NCBI GenBank assembly: GCA_965231215.1 | Contig: OZ246423.1 | Coordinates: 768,001-832,000, forward strand | Source: Candidatus Altimarinota bacterium | GTDB lineage: Bacteria > Patescibacteriota > Gracilibacteria > UBA4473 | Length of the DNA stretch: 64,000 nt | Reading direction: 5' to 3' | Part shown: in pieces, positions 9,239 to 20,021 of the stretch | Position numbering within the stretch: the stretch's first letter is position 1 | Layout of the letters: the number at the start of each line of letters is the position of its first letter | Made by a program: the position numbers and the translations under genes | Notes under the pieces: model-generated | What the model saw: the letters and a program-made list of their open reading frames with translations, nothing else | The model's database searches: none | Told to the model about the DNA's origin: nothing

Positions 9239-10990
9239 ATGTGTGGAATTTTTGCGGTTTCGGGATTAAAGCCTAATGCAGGGATAGAAGTGCTGAAAGG
9301 CCTAAAAAAATTAGAATATAGAGGGTATGACTCTTGGGGAGTCGCGGTCAGAGCGGAATCTAATGGAATCCCAGTTGAAAAAGACACAGGAAAAATTTCA
9401 CATGTGGATAGAGCTTTTACTCCAGGAATTGAGGCCATTGGCCACACTAGATGGGCCACTCATGGGGGGGTAACCGCCGCGAATGCCCACCCTCATCAAG
9501 TAGGCAAAGTAACCGTGGTGCACAACGGCATCTTTGAAAATTATGCTGAGTATAAAAAGAAATTCCTGGCCGCTGGCAAAAAATTTCTATCAGAAACCGA
9601 TACCGAAGTAATAGGCTTCATTATTGAAGAAGCTTTGACCGAAGGGAAAACGCCGGCAGAAGCTATCCGGCAAACCGCCCAAAAGATTCAAGGTCGATTT
9701 TCACTTCTGGTAATGTTTGAAGATTTTTCTGGTATTTATGCGGCTCGCCGAGGTTCCCCTCTGATTATTGGGAGAGCCCCAGAAGAGACTTTTATTGCTT
9801 CAGATATTCCAGCTTTTTTAGAAAAAACTCGAATCGTAAATTATCTCGATGATGATGAAATGGTATTTATTGAGGGAGGGAAAGTACAGTTTTCGAGTCT
9901 TTTAGATGGGAACCCTATTGAAAAGCGTGATATTGAAGTAGCCTGGAAGCTAGAGGAAGCCGAAAAAGGGGATTATGACCATTTCATGATCAAGGAAATT
10001 TTTGACCAAAAAGACACTATAAGAAAAGCCATAAATCACAGTGATGAGATCCTCAATCAAGTAGTAGAAATGCTCAAAAGTTCCAATGGAACTTACCTTA
10101 TTGCCTGCGGAACAGCACATAAAGTATGCATGGCCGCAGAGTATTTTTTCTCCCAAATTGCCGGCCGAAAAATCAATGTAGTAGCTGCATCAGAGATGCC
10201 AGACTTTGAACGATTTATAAATTCCAAGACAGCCGTTATGGCTATTTCTCAGTCGGGCGAAACGGCCGATATTTTAGAAGTTTTTGAAAGAGCGAAACGC
10301 AAGGGGGCTAAACTGCTTTCCCTGACGAATGTTGAAAGTAGCTCAGTGGCACGAATGTCTAATGTGCATTTGCCTATCAATGCAGGTCCTGAAAAAGCCG
10401 TAGCTTCTACTAAGGCCACAACAGCTCAGATGGCTTTGTTATTTTTGCTCGCGCATGCAGATGCGGGCTCTCTAAATACTGGACGAGAAGTACTACGGTC
10501 TACTGCGGCGAGTATCAATGACATGCTCAATCCTCGGTACGAAGAGTATATTAAATCGGTAGCACACCATTTGGCTGAACATCCAAATATGTTTGTGATT
10601 GGTCGCGGAGCTTTGTATCCAATGGCCTTAGAGGCTTCTATCAAAATTCAGGAAGTTTCTTATATTCATGCCCAAGGGTTTGCCGCTGGAGAACTGAAAC
10701 ATGGCCCCCTAGCCCTCATCGAAGAAGGCGTACCGTGTTTGGTGCTTGGAGAAGATTTAGAAACAATTTCCAATGCCGTTGAGATTAAATCTCGAGGGGC
10801 TAAAATTATTGGTGTTTCGACCCAAAAAGCGGAAATATTTGATGAGTGGTTGAAGGTTCCAGATTGTGATGGAGCTCAAGCTATTGCGTCAATCATTCCC
10901 ATTCAGATTTTGTCTTACTACTTAGCCATTGCCAAAAATCTAGACCCAGACATGCCAAGAAATCTAGCAAAAAGCGTAACAGTAAAATAA
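9239..10990 (+). CDS. glmS: Glutamine-fructose-6-phosphate aminotransferase
   Basis: MCGI N-terminus, LEYRGYDS, GHTRWATHG, SQSGETAD and PRNLAKSVTV motifs. Confidence 0.97.
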   Translation: MCGIFAVSGLKPNAGIEVLKGLKKLEYRGYDSWGVAVRAESNGIPVEKDTGKISHVDRAFTPGIEAIGHTRWATHGGVTAANAHPHQVGKVTVVHNGIFENYAEYKKKFLAAGKKFLSETDTEVIGFIIEEALTEGKTPAEAIRQTAQKIQGRFSLLVMFEDFSGIYAARRGSPLIIGRAPEETFIASDIPAFLEKTRIVNYLDDDEMVFIEGGKVQFSSLLDGNPIEKRDIEVAWKLEEAEKGDYDHFMIKEIFDQKDTIRKAINHSDEILNQVVEMLKSSNGTYLIACGTAHKVCMAAEYFFSQIAGRKINVVAASEMPDFERFINSKTAVMAISQSGETADILEVFERAKRKGAKLLSLTNVESSSVARMSNVHLPINAGPEKAVASTKATTAQMALLFLLAHADAGSLNTGREVLRSTAASINDMLNPRYEEYIKSVAHHLAEHPNMFVIGRGALYPMALEASIKIQEVSYIHAQGFAAGELKHGPLALIEEGVPCLVLGEDLETISNAVEIKSRGAKIIGVSTQKAEIFDEWLKVPDCDGAQAIASIIPIQILSYYLAIAKNLDPDMPRNLAKSVTVK

Positions 10991-11085
10991 CTTTAAATCC
11001 TAAAAAGGTAAAAAAGAGGCTTGGCTTTTCTTTTTTTTTAGAGAGAGGGACATAGAGCTGAAAATGCTAAGACGGCCTTTAAGTT

Positions 11086-11112
11086 TTAGCACTCTACAAA
11101 AAAGACTGCTAA
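11086..11112 (+). promoter_or_regulatory. CIRCE element (HrcA operator) upstream of htpX
   Basis: TTAGCACTC-N9-GACTGCTAA, one mismatch from the consensus TTAGCACTC-N9-GAGTGCTAA. Confidence 0.85.
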
Positions 11113-11173
11113 TTTGTTGCAAAATGTATCCTGATTCGTAATTTGAAAATGTAGTTTATTAAACACAAATAAT

Positions 11174-12070
11174 ATGACCTGGATAAAACGAATAGCGTTA
11201 CTTGTAGGAGTAAATATCGCCGTAATTGCCGTGCTTATGACTATCGTGTCAGTCTTTGGGTTGGATACAACTTACCTAAAAGACACGGGGTTAGATCTAC
11301 GAGCCTTGGCCATTATGTCCTTAATTGTAGGGTTCTCCGGCGCCTTTATTTCACTGGCTATCTCACGGATGACGGCTAAATGGATGATGAAGATCCATAT
11401 TATTGAGACTCCTCAAAATGACTTAGAGGCCTTTCTGATGAACAAAATTGAACACTTCGCTCAACAAGGAGGGTTCAAAACTCCAGAACTTGGGATTTAT
11501 GATTCGCCTGAGATAAATGCTTTTGCCACTGGCCCAACTAAAAACAGATCTCTCGTTGCTTTTTCATCTGGGCTTCTGAACAGCATGGGGCGCCATGAAA
11601 TTGAAGGCGTATTAGCTCATGAAATGGCGCATATTCGTAATGGAGATATGGTAACTATGACGCTTATTCAAGGCGTTATAAATACGTTCGTAATTTTTGC
11701 TTCGAGAGTCGCGGCCTATGCGGCTATGCAGGTTTTAGGAAGAGATAATCAAGCCATAGGAGGCTTGGCTTACTTTGTAGTCTCTATGGTATTCCAAGTG
11801 CTCTTTGGGATGTTAGCTTCAGTGATTGTTTACGCTTTTTCTCGATGGAGAGAATATGGAGCCGATTATGGGGGCGCTCAATTTGCAGGGAAACAAAAGA
11901 TGATTGCCGGATTGAAATTTTTACAAAATCATAAAGCAGCGATTGATACCTCAAACCAAGCTTTGGCTACTATGAAAATTGCCGATAAAGCTAGTTTTGC
12001 GGAGTGGTTTTCTACCCATCCACCGCTAGAGAAAAGAATTGCAGCGCTTCAAGCAGCCCCAATTTCTTAG
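11174..12070 (+). CDS. htpX: Membrane zinc protease HtpX (M48)
   Basis: NAFATG, AHEMAH, FSRWREY.AD and STHPPLEKRI motifs. Confidence 0.95.
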   Translation: MTWIKRIALLVGVNIAVIAVLMTIVSVFGLDTTYLKDTGLDLRALAIMSLIVGFSGAFISLAISRMTAKWMMKIHIIETPQNDLEAFLMNKIEHFAQQGGFKTPELGIYDSPEINAFATGPTKNRSLVAFSSGLLNSMGRHEIEGVLAHEMAHIRNGDMVTMTLIQGVINTFVIFASRVAAYAAMQVLGRDNQAIGGLAYFVVSMVFQVLFGMLASVIVYAFSRWREYGADYGGAQFAGKQKMIAGLKFLQNHKAAIDTSNQALATMKIADKASFAEWFSTHPPLEKRIAALQAAPIS

Positions 12071-12143
12071 TTAAGGTTAACTGGTTCTTGCTAGAAAACT
12101 CGGAAAATCCTAAATTTATTTACTAATTAATAAAACAAATAAC

Positions 12144-12752
12144 ATGTCCTTTCTTGCACAACTCAACTGGCGCCATGCAACCAAGTCCTTTGAGCCTTCA
12201 AAAAAAGTATCAGATGCAGATTTAGCCAAGCTTAAAGAAACTATCGTAATGTCTCCCACTTCTTTTGGATTAGAGCCGTTTCATGTGCGGATTGTGACTG
12301 ATCAAGCCTTAAAAGATGAAATTCAGCCAGTATCATGGAATCAAGCTCAAGTTGGAACGTGTTCTCACTTACTCGTTTTTTGCGCTCGAACGGATGTAAA
12401 AGATAGAATAGAAACCTATTTTCAGATAGCCTCTGGTGGCGATGCAGCAGCTAGAGAAAAACTCAAGGACTATGAAGATATGATGCGAGGGTTTTTTGCC
12501 GAGAAAGATGATAAATTTATATATCAATGGGCCCGAAATCAAGCCTACATTGCGCACGGATTTGCTTTGGCCGCGTGTGCGGAGTTGCAGATTGATTCCT
12601 GTCCGATGGAAGGTTTTGATCCAGAAGCGGTTGATAAAATTTTGGATCTCCCTTCTCATCTAAAATCTGTAGTGATGATGCCCATTGGATACCGCGAAAA
12701 AGAACCTGATCACTCTAAGGTGAGATATCCAGAATCAGATCTTTTTAGCTAA
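12144..12752 (+). CDS. Nitroreductase-family NAD(P)H oxidoreductase
   Basis: WRHATKSF, SPTSFGLEP and DSCPMEGF motifs. Confidence 0.92.
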   Translation: MSFLAQLNWRHATKSFEPSKKVSDADLAKLKETIVMSPTSFGLEPFHVRIVTDQALKDEIQPVSWNQAQVGTCSHLLVFCARTDVKDRIETYFQIASGGDAAAREKLKDYEDMMRGFFAEKDDKFIYQWARNQAYIAHGFALAACAELQIDSCPMEGFDPEAVDKILDLPSHLKSVVMMPIGYREKEPDHSKVRYPESDLFS

Positions 12753-12867
12753 TTATTGAAAGCAAAGCCGAGCGTGGTCATCGTTTAAGAAGGTAGAGCT
12801 AGAGGGGATATATACGCATAGTTTATATTGAAAATACAAACGAAGTGAGTAAAGTCACTGGCGACAA

Positions 12868-12941
12868 GATCCCGTAGTTTAATGGAAGAACATCGGTTTG
12901 CGGAACCGACGATCCAAGTTCGATTCTTGGCGGGATCACCA
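12868..12941 (+). tRNA. tRNA-Arg (GCG)
   Basis: Acceptor stem GATCCCG/CGGGATC, anticodon arm TCGGT-ttGCGga-ACCGA, TTCGATT T-loop, encoded CCA. Confidence 0.93.
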
Positions 12942-12980
12942 GTAAAAAATTAACAGATACTTCCCAGCGAAGTAAACGTT

Positions 12981-13601
12981 TTAATCATCATCAGCACAAC
13001 AACGAACGGCTATGGATCTATTGCTATGTCCTTCCCCAGTATAGTGAGTGGCGTTTAAATCTTCGATGCAAACTGAATTTTCTGGAGCTAACCCCGAACC
13101 TATAACGGCCATAAAACCACCCCCTGCACAAGAGGTCGCCGACCATATGAGTCTTGAATCATGGTTACAGCCTGAATGGCTTGAAGCTTCGGATTCTAAT
13201 TCTGGTTGCGTACATAATCTTCCCCCGGCATTGTGGCAAGCTTCATAAGCATCAATCCACTTAACATCTTTAATACAGGATAATCTCCCAGCGTCTGAAT
13301 CTCCACAGTCAGCGGGTAAAGCAGTGTCATTAGGGGCATAGGCCGTAGAAAAAGAAGTACTGGAGCAGTCTTCGGCTGATCGGTAAGGAAAATCTGTTTC
13401 AGAACAATTGGCACAGCTATCATCCCCCGCAAAAAAACATTCTGACAGCGCCTTTTTACAGCTATCGATAAAGCCTGCTTTAAAGGCAGCCTCTTCGGCC
13501 TTTCCGCGATATCCAAGTAGCGTTGGGACACTCACTCCAGAAAGAATACCGACTATGGTAATAATCATTAATAACTCTATTAATGTGAAACCCTGTGGCA
13601 T
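12981..13601 (-). CDS. Type IV prepilin-like protein with a Cys-rich C-type-lectin-like C-terminal domain
   Basis: G|FTLIELL class III signal peptide; W..A...C...GGRLCT..EL...AVRCCAD pattern. Confidence 0.75.
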   Translation of the reverse strand: MPQGFTLIELLMIITIVGILSGVSVPTLLGYRGKAEEAAFKAGFIDSCKKALSECFFAGDDSCANCSETDFPYRSAEDCSSTSFSTAYAPNDTALPADCGDSDAGRLSCIKDVKWIDAYEACHNAGGRLCTQPELESEASSHSGCNHDSRLIWSATSCAGGGFMAVIGSGLAPENSVCIEDLNATHYTGEGHSNRSIAVRCCADDD

Positions 13602-13645
13602 TGTTTTAAATTTTTAAATGAAGAAATGATTCCATTGTAGCTCCA

Positions 13646-14815
13646 TCAAACCAACTTCCCAAACTTTCGTTTTCCAACTTTTAGAATTTGGGGTTGATCC
13701 GTAATTTTAATAACGGTTTGAGGGTCGGTGATTTTTTTACCATCTAAACTGACACCACCACCATTAATGGTTCGACGAGCTTCACCATTGGAAGTAGTGA
13801 ATCCGCATACTTGGGTCATGAGATCCAAAATCCCAATTTCTTTTTGGCCTACAAGAAACTCAGGTATTTCATCTGGAATTTCTTTTTTTACAAATTTGGT
13901 TTCAAAGTCTTTCAAGGCACCTTCAGCAGCGGATTTGTCATGTAGCCAAGTCACAATGTGTGTGGCCAGTTTTACTTTGGCATCCCTTGGATTTTGGTGG
14001 ATAAGGGTTTTCGCTTCCTCTAAATTTTCATCAGTAAAAATTTCAAAGTAGGTCATCATTTCCTCATCTTTCATACTCATAATTTTCCCGAACATTTCAT
14101 TGGGAGCTTCATCCAGGGCTACATAATTTCCGTAAGATTTACTCATCTTTCGTCCATCAGTCCCATTAATGATTGGCACAGAAAGGACCCACTTTTCTTT
14201 ATCTTTGTACTGGCGAAGCAGCGTCCGTCCCATAAGCATATTAAAGGTTTGATCTGTACCTCCAAGTTCTAGATCAACCTCCATTGCTACCGAATCATAC
14301 CCCTGAAGGAGTGGATAAATAATTTCATGTCCATGAATAGGTTTCCCAGCCTTCAAACGATCTTGGAACATGTCTCGCTCCATGAGTTGTTGGATCGTTA
14401 CATTGGCCATAAGTTTAACCATGTCGGCATAGGTCAGAGCATCTAACCAATCACCATTGTATTTGATCTGTATCGTGTCAAAATTGAGCACTTTAGAAGC
14501 CTGAGTTTTCCAGTCTTCAAAGTTAGCCCGAATGGCTTCATCTGTGAGCATTGGGCGAGTGCTGTCTTTACCGGTGGGATCCCCAATGCGAACGGTTCCA
14601 TTTCCGATTAACAAAATCACATCGTGCCCAAGGTTGGCAAATTCTTGGAGTTTTTTCAGCCCCACCGCATGGCCTAGGGTGAGATGCGATCCGGTTGGAT
14701 CAATTCCAAGATAAAGCCTGATTTTTCTTTTAGACATAAGGTGAGCGAGCGTATCAGGTTTTGGTAAAACTTCGGCTACCCCACGAGTGAGAAGTTTTTG
14801 AATATCTTCAGACAT
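13646..14815 (-). CDS. tyrS: Tyrosine-tRNA ligase
   Basis: YLGIDPT, HLTLGH (HIGH), GGTDQ, KMSKS motifs and a C-terminal S4 domain. Confidence 0.97.
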   Translation of the reverse strand: MSEDIQKLLTRGVAEVLPKPDTLAHLMSKRKIRLYLGIDPTGSHLTLGHAVGLKKLQEFANLGHDVILLIGNGTVRIGDPTGKDSTRPMLTDEAIRANFEDWKTQASKVLNFDTIQIKYNGDWLDALTYADMVKLMANVTIQQLMERDMFQDRLKAGKPIHGHEIIYPLLQGYDSVAMEVDLELGGTDQTFNMLMGRTLLRQYKDKEKWVLSVPIINGTDGRKMSKSYGNYVALDEAPNEMFGKIMSMKDEEMMTYFEIFTDENLEEAKTLIHQNPRDAKVKLATHIVTWLHDKSAAEGALKDFETKFVKKEIPDEIPEFLVGQKEIGILDLMTQVCGFTTSNGEARRTINGGGVSLDGKKITDPQTVIKITDQPQILKVGKRKFGKLV

Positions 14816-14838
14816 AAAATTTTGCTAAAATTACTTTC

Positions 14839-16038
14839 GTGTGGTTTATACGCAAAAGCTTACAACAAATCAATTACAAAGCCCCTGAACGGGAGATTTT
14901 TGTTTGGGCTTTTGTTGGGGCCTTACTGTATGCAGTTGGATTATGGCTAGATACGGTTTGCTTTCCCCTGCTTATAGGATGGCAGACTCCGTTTTTAAAT
15001 GCTTTGGTGATTTGGCTTACAGAGCAGTTTATCTACATTATCTTGTTTGTGTTTGGATTAGTCACAACGTACAGAGTTTGGAAGCACCCAGACCACCAGA
15101 GTAAACTGGTTCCAGCTATATTTGCGATAATGACTGCTGGAATTTTAGCCTTTGTATTTAAGTCTGTATTTGCAATTGATCGACCTTTTATTCAAATGGC
15201 TTTAGAGCCCTTGGTTCCTGGAAGATCCTATAGTTTTCCTTCCGCTCATACAGCGGTAGCTTTTGCTTTACTGATTCCCTTTTGGCGTATTTCAAAATTC
15301 ATTGGATTGGCCTGGTTTATTTTTGCGGTAGCTGTTGGGTTTGCGCGAGTCTATGAGTTGGTACATTTTCCCTCAGACATTGCAGCGGGAATTTTTTTAG
15401 GAGGAGTAGTCGGTGCTATCTTTTCTCATAGAGAGGTTCAAAAACTCATAAAAATCCTCTGGGAAGAGCTAGAATTTAGGCGCCAAAGTTTCCATTTTTT
15501 GTTTGGGTTTTTCTGTGTGTTTTTGCACTGGGCCGGAGTTTTGAGGCTGCGTTATATTGCGGTAATATTGCTTCTAGGACTTTTGATTTCAATCATTTCA
15601 CAGTACAAAAAAATTCCTATCATTAGTCACATTTTAGGTTTATTTGATCGCCCTAGGGATGAAGGGTTCCCAGGCCGTGGAGCGTTTTATTATGTAGCGG
15701 GAATTTTTATCTGTTTTTTAATGTTTCCGATAAAAATTGCCTATGCGGCTATACTCATTTTGTCAGTAGGCGATAGCTTGAATCACCTGTTTGCGAGCCA
15801 AGTTCAAAAAATAAATCTCCCCTGGAATAGAAGAAAAAACATAGTAGGGATTATGAGTGGAATATTAATGGGGACTTTTGCGGCTCAATTTTTTGTACCT
15901 TTGTTTCCGGCCTTTATTGCGTCGAGTTTAGCAATACTTTCAGAAACCATTCCCTGGCGAATAGGGCGATACTTTATTGATGATAATATAGTGGTTCCAT
16001 TTGTAGCGGGGTGTTTGCTTAGTGTGATGTTGACCTAG
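14839..16038 (+). CDS. PAP2 phosphatase fused to a CTP-dependent dolichol/phytol-kinase-like domain
   Basis: K......RP, SFPSAH and ARVYELVHFPSD (PAP2), then EFRRQSFH, VGDS, RKNIVG and DDN motifs. Confidence 0.8.
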   Translation: MWFIRKSLQQINYKAPEREIFVWAFVGALLYAVGLWLDTVCFPLLIGWQTPFLNALVIWLTEQFIYIILFVFGLVTTYRVWKHPDHQSKLVPAIFAIMTAGILAFVFKSVFAIDRPFIQMALEPLVPGRSYSFPSAHTAVAFALLIPFWRISKFIGLAWFIFAVAVGFARVYELVHFPSDIAAGIFLGGVVGAIFSHREVQKLIKILWEELEFRRQSFHFLFGFFCVFLHWAGVLRLRYIAVILLLGLLISIISQYKKIPIISHILGLFDRPRDEGFPGRGAFYYVAGIFICFLMFPIKIAYAAILILSVGDSLNHLFASQVQKINLPWNRRKNIVGIMSGILMGTFAAQFFVPLFPAFIASSLAILSETIPWRIGRYFIDDNIVVPFVAGCLLSVMLT

Positions 16039-16104
16039 AAAATGTTACAAAAGCTTCATGAAGTTTTATTCAAAATTTTCTCAGACGAGGGGAACTGGAA
16101 TCCT

Positions 16105-18978
16105 TTAACTCTCCAGCATTTTTTTCAAGAAATTTCCAGTATAAGAAGTTTTGTGCTGAGCGATTTCTTCGGGGGTTCCGGTAGCGACTATCTCCCCTCC
16201 AAATTCTCCACCATCAGGGCCAATGTCCACCAAGTGATCACAAGATTTTATAACATCTAAGTTGTGTTCAATGACGATTACAGAATTTCCTTTATCTACC
16301 AAGGTCTGAAGCACGGCAAGTAACTTTTTTACATCAGAAAAGTGGAGTCCGGTAGTGGGTTCATCTAACACATAAATAGTTTTTCCGGTAGATTTTTTCA
16401 TTAATTCTGTGGCGAGTTTTACCCTTTGGGCTTCTCCTCCAGAAAGGGTAGTAGCACTTTGTCCTAGATGAATATAGCCTAGTCCTACTTCGTTAATGGC
16501 ATCTAATTTATGCTTAATATTTGGAAAATTTTCAAAAAATTCAGCCGCTTCTTCAATGGTCATAGACAATACTTGGGCGATGTTTTTTCCTCGGTACGTA
16601 ATTTCTAAAGTTTCATCATTATACCGCTGTCCTTTACAGACTTCACATGGAACATATACATCTGGCAAGAAGTGCATTTCAATTTTTTTGATTCCGTCTC
16701 CACTACAGGCTTCACATCGTCCACCCTTTACATTGAATGAAAATCGACCTGAGTTGTATCCTCGGAGCCGAGCTTCTGGCGTAGCGGCAAACACTTCACG
16801 AATATCGGTAAATACGCCGGTATAAGTAGCAGGATTAGAGCGGGGGGTTCGTCCAATGGGGGACTGATCAATAGAGATTAGTTTATCCAACTGTTCAATG
16901 CCTTGAATATCATCGTGCAGGCCTGAAGGTTTTTTGGCTCGATTGAGTTCTCGTGCGAGTGTTGGCACTAAGATTCGGTTAATGAGTGAAGATTTTCCAC
17001 TTCCAGAAACGCCCGTAATCCCTACAAAACATCCCAGAGGAATTGTAGCGTCTATACTCTTTAAGTTATTTTCTCGTGCCTTCACAATTTTGAGTTCCCC
17101 ACTTGCTTTTCTTCGAACTCGTGGAACACGAATAGCCTGACGGCCAAATAAAAAATCTGATGTTTCGGTTTCAGTGTTTTCCATTTCTTTGATTGTTCCA
17201 GAAAACACTAAGTTGCCTCCGTGAGCTCCGGCTTTTGGTCCAATTTCCACAATATGGTCAGCGACTCTCATGGTATCTTCATCATGTTCTACAACCAGTA
17301 CGGTATTGCCTAAATCTCTAAGGTGTTCAAGGGTCGTGATAAGTCTATCATTATCTCTTTGGTGTAGTCCGATTGAGGGTTCGTCTAAGACATATAAAAC
17401 CCCTTGGAGTTGTGATCCAATTTGAGTAGCGAGACGAATACGTTGAGCCTCTCCACCAGACAAGGTATTAGCGGTTCGAGACAGGGTAAGATAGCCTAAA
17501 CCTACGTTTTCTAAGAAGCTAAGTCTGTCTATAATTTCTTTTTGGATAGGCTTTACAATTTCTACATTTTCAGAAGTTTCTTCTACACTCTGAATCCAAT
17601 TTTTGGCTTGAGGTATAGACATGGTACAGACATCAAAGATGGTTTCTTCTCCTACAAAAACATTCCGCCCAAAGACATTAAGGCGAGCGCCTCCACACTC
17701 TTGGCAGGTAGCTTCTATCATAAATTCTTCTAATTTTTTGCGTACAAAATCGGAATCAGATTCATTAAACCTTTTTTCAGTTTGAGCCACTAACCCTTCA
17801 AATTTGGCTTTGGTACTGCGTCCATGGAACGCTCCTCTGAGTTTGATTTCAAATTCTTCACCTCCAAACCCTACAAAGATCTTTTCCATTACCTCAGGTT
17901 TGATTTTGTGCATTGGTTCATCAATAGAGAATCCATATTTTTTACCCACGGCCTCCATCACAGAAAAATACCAACTTTGTGAGTTGGTTCCTAGTGACGC
18001 CCAAGGTAAAATACCGCCTTCTCTGATAGAAAGCTTGGGATTGATAGAAGCTTCGCGATTGAGCTCTAGTCGATAGCCAAGACCATGACAGGCCTCACAC
18101 GCGCCATGCGGAGAGTTAAATGAAAAGAGCCTAGGTTCTATCGGGGGAAAAGAAAATCCGGTTTCTGGGTCTGAAAGATTCTCAGAAAAAAGATGATTAC
18201 TTTCATCACTCATTCGGAAGGCAATCATAATGCCTTCCCCAAATTTTAGGGCGGTTTCTACAGAATCAAGCAACCGCATTCTTTCATCATTTTTTTCATC
18301 TATGGTGTCTCCACTAGAAAGCGCAATAGATTTTTTACTGTAGTCATTTTTGGTCAGACGATCTACGACAATCTCAATGTCGTGCTTTTTATTGGGGTCA
18401 AGTTCAATGTCTTCATTAATAGTATGGATGTGGTTGTTGATTCGAACTCGTACAAATCCGGCTTTCTGGATACGTTCGAGTACATCTCGATGTTCTCCTT
18501 TTTTGCCTCGGACTACTGGAGCCAAAATCATAAATTTTTCGCCTTCGTCCCATTTATCGATAAGATCTACAATTTGGGCTGGGGTTTGTTTTTGAAGTGG
18601 TCGTCCGGTTTCTGGATGTCTTGGAACTCCAACTTTGGCAAAAAGAAGTCTTAGGTAATCATAAATTTCAGTTACCGTTCCCACGGTAGATCGCGGATTT
18701 CTAGGGGCGGTTTTTTGGTCAATAGAAATAGCAGGGCTCAATCCTTCAATAGATTCTACTTCAGGTTTTTCCTGCATTTGTAAAAACTGTCTGGCATAGG
18801 TAGAAAGGCTTTCTACATACCTTCGTTGTCCTTCGGCATAAATTGTATCAAAAGCGAGGGAAGATTTTCCACTTCCAGAAACACCGGTTACGACGGTGAG
18901 TTTCTCTCTGGGGATTTCTACATCTATATTTTGTAGGTTATGCATGCGGGCTCCACGAACGACAATTTTTTTAGACAT
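16105..18978 (-). CDS. uvrA: Excinuclease ABC subunit A
   Basis: Two GVSGSGKSS Walker A motifs, LSGGEAQR twice, zinc fingers. Confidence 0.98.
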   Translation of the reverse strand: MSKKIVVRGARMHNLQNIDVEIPREKLTVVTGVSGSGKSSLAFDTIYAEGQRRYVESLSTYARQFLQMQEKPEVESIEGLSPAISIDQKTAPRNPRSTVGTVTEIYDYLRLLFAKVGVPRHPETGRPLQKQTPAQIVDLIDKWDEGEKFMILAPVVRGKKGEHRDVLERIQKAGFVRVRINNHIHTINEDIELDPNKKHDIEIVVDRLTKNDYSKKSIALSSGDTIDEKNDERMRLLDSVETALKFGEGIMIAFRMSDESNHLFSENLSDPETGFSFPPIEPRLFSFNSPHGACEACHGLGYRLELNREASINPKLSIREGGILPWASLGTNSQSWYFSVMEAVGKKYGFSIDEPMHKIKPEVMEKIFVGFGGEEFEIKLRGAFHGRSTKAKFEGLVAQTEKRFNESDSDFVRKKLEEFMIEATCQECGGARLNVFGRNVFVGEETIFDVCTMSIPQAKNWIQSVEETSENVEIVKPIQKEIIDRLSFLENVGLGYLTLSRTANTLSGGEAQRIRLATQIGSQLQGVLYVLDEPSIGLHQRDNDRLITTLEHLRDLGNTVLVVEHDEDTMRVADHIVEIGPKAGAHGGNLVFSGTIKEMENTETETSDFLFGRQAIRVPRVRRKASGELKIVKARENNLKSIDATIPLGCFVGITGVSGSGKSSLINRILVPTLARELNRAKKPSGLHDDIQGIEQLDKLISIDQSPIGRTPRSNPATYTGVFTDIREVFAATPEARLRGYNSGRFSFNVKGGRCEACSGDGIKKIEMHFLPDVYVPCEVCKGQRYNDETLEITYRGKNIAQVLSMTIEEAAEFFENFPNIKHKLDAINEVGLGYIHLGQSATTLSGGEAQRVKLATELMKKSTGKTIYVLDEPTTGLHFSDVKKLLAVLQTLVDKGNSVIVIEHNLDVIKSCDHLVDIGPDGGEFGGEIVATGTPEEIAQHKTSYTGNFLKKMLES

Positions 18979-19106
18979 TAAATGCGATAAAGTTTTAAAA
19001 ATACAAAAACACCCCCAAAATGGGGCGATTGGTCGAAATCGACCCTAGCGATTGGGTTGTATTTTGTCAAATATTTTGGTATAATGAAGCGCACTTCTAT
19101 ATAAAA

Positions 19107-19472
19107 ATGACTGAAGTTGTTGATACTGAAAAACGAAATGCAGATTTTAGGGCTCTATGTGCTGTTACAAACCTAGAAGATCAGGAGCTTCCTACTTGGT
19201 TACGCAAGGATATTTTGGAGCCGTGTGGTGTTAAGGGAGGTGCTCAGCAAATAACAGATGAGAAAATTGATAATGTTTTTGATTTAGTAGCACAAAAATT
19301 CCCAGGGGCAAATATCTTAGCAATACTGACGGAAGCTACTCAAGATCAAGGAAAAGGAGAAGCTTCCCTTGATGATGAGGTTTCAGCAACTACTTCAATG
19401 GTTAGAGGTGTGGTTGGAAAAAATATAGCTGAAAGTCCTGATGGACCACCAGAAGGAGTAACAGTTCATTAA
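19107..19472 (+). CDS. Acidic hypothetical protein
   Basis: ATG at 19107 follows a TGGTATAAT extended -10 element. Confidence 0.6.
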   Translation: MTEVVDTEKRNADFRALCAVTNLEDQELPTWLRKDILEPCGVKGGAQQITDEKIDNVFDLVAQKFPGANILAILTEATQDQGKGEASLDDEVSATTSMVRGVVGKNIAESPDGPPEGVTVH

Positions 19473-19532
19473 AAAATTTATACTGGTTTTTTCATTAAAA
19501 ATCTGTTATAATAATCAGATTTATGTTTTTAA

Positions 19533-19985
19533 ATGAAAAAATTTCTTTCTCGGCTTCAAAACAGTGATATTGAAACACGGTTTGCTTTTAAACTTTCAAC
19601 AGGGCCTCAAGAGGACCTTGGAGGCAAAGAAAGAATAGGTCGAGGGGACCTTGAGGCTAAGGTGGCTAAAGAAACACAAGGAGATTTAGCTTTTTTCCAG
19701 AGAGAAATGTTGCTTTTGGATGCAAAACGCAATACTCAAGAAAGAGTTTCAGCAAATACAAAGGATGCAGAAGTCGCAGATATTTCAGAAGTTGAAAATA
19801 CTTTGAGCAAGAAAGGACCGGAAGCACTAACAGCTCAGGAAACAGCAGCCATTAGAGCTACACGGAATAGAGAAATTGCTGATAGAGTAGGAGCTGATAC
19901 TATGGCGGGAATTATTGAAGCTACAGAATCTGAAATTGCAGCTAGGAATTTAGGTAATATAGATTCAACGACACGGTCTGTTTAA
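19533..19985 (+). CDS. Acidic hypothetical protein (N-terminal ETRFAFK motif)
   Basis: 150 aa ORF with TGTTATA(A)T-like -10 upstream. Confidence 0.65.
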   Translation: MKKFLSRLQNSDIETRFAFKLSTGPQEDLGGKERIGRGDLEAKVAKETQGDLAFFQREMLLLDAKRNTQERVSANTKDAEVADISEVENTLSKKGPEALTAQETAAIRATRNREIADRVGADTMAGIIEATESEIAARNLGNIDSTTRSV

Positions 19986-20021
19986 TTTGCATTTTAAAAT
20001 ATTTTTTATATTTTTCAGTAG

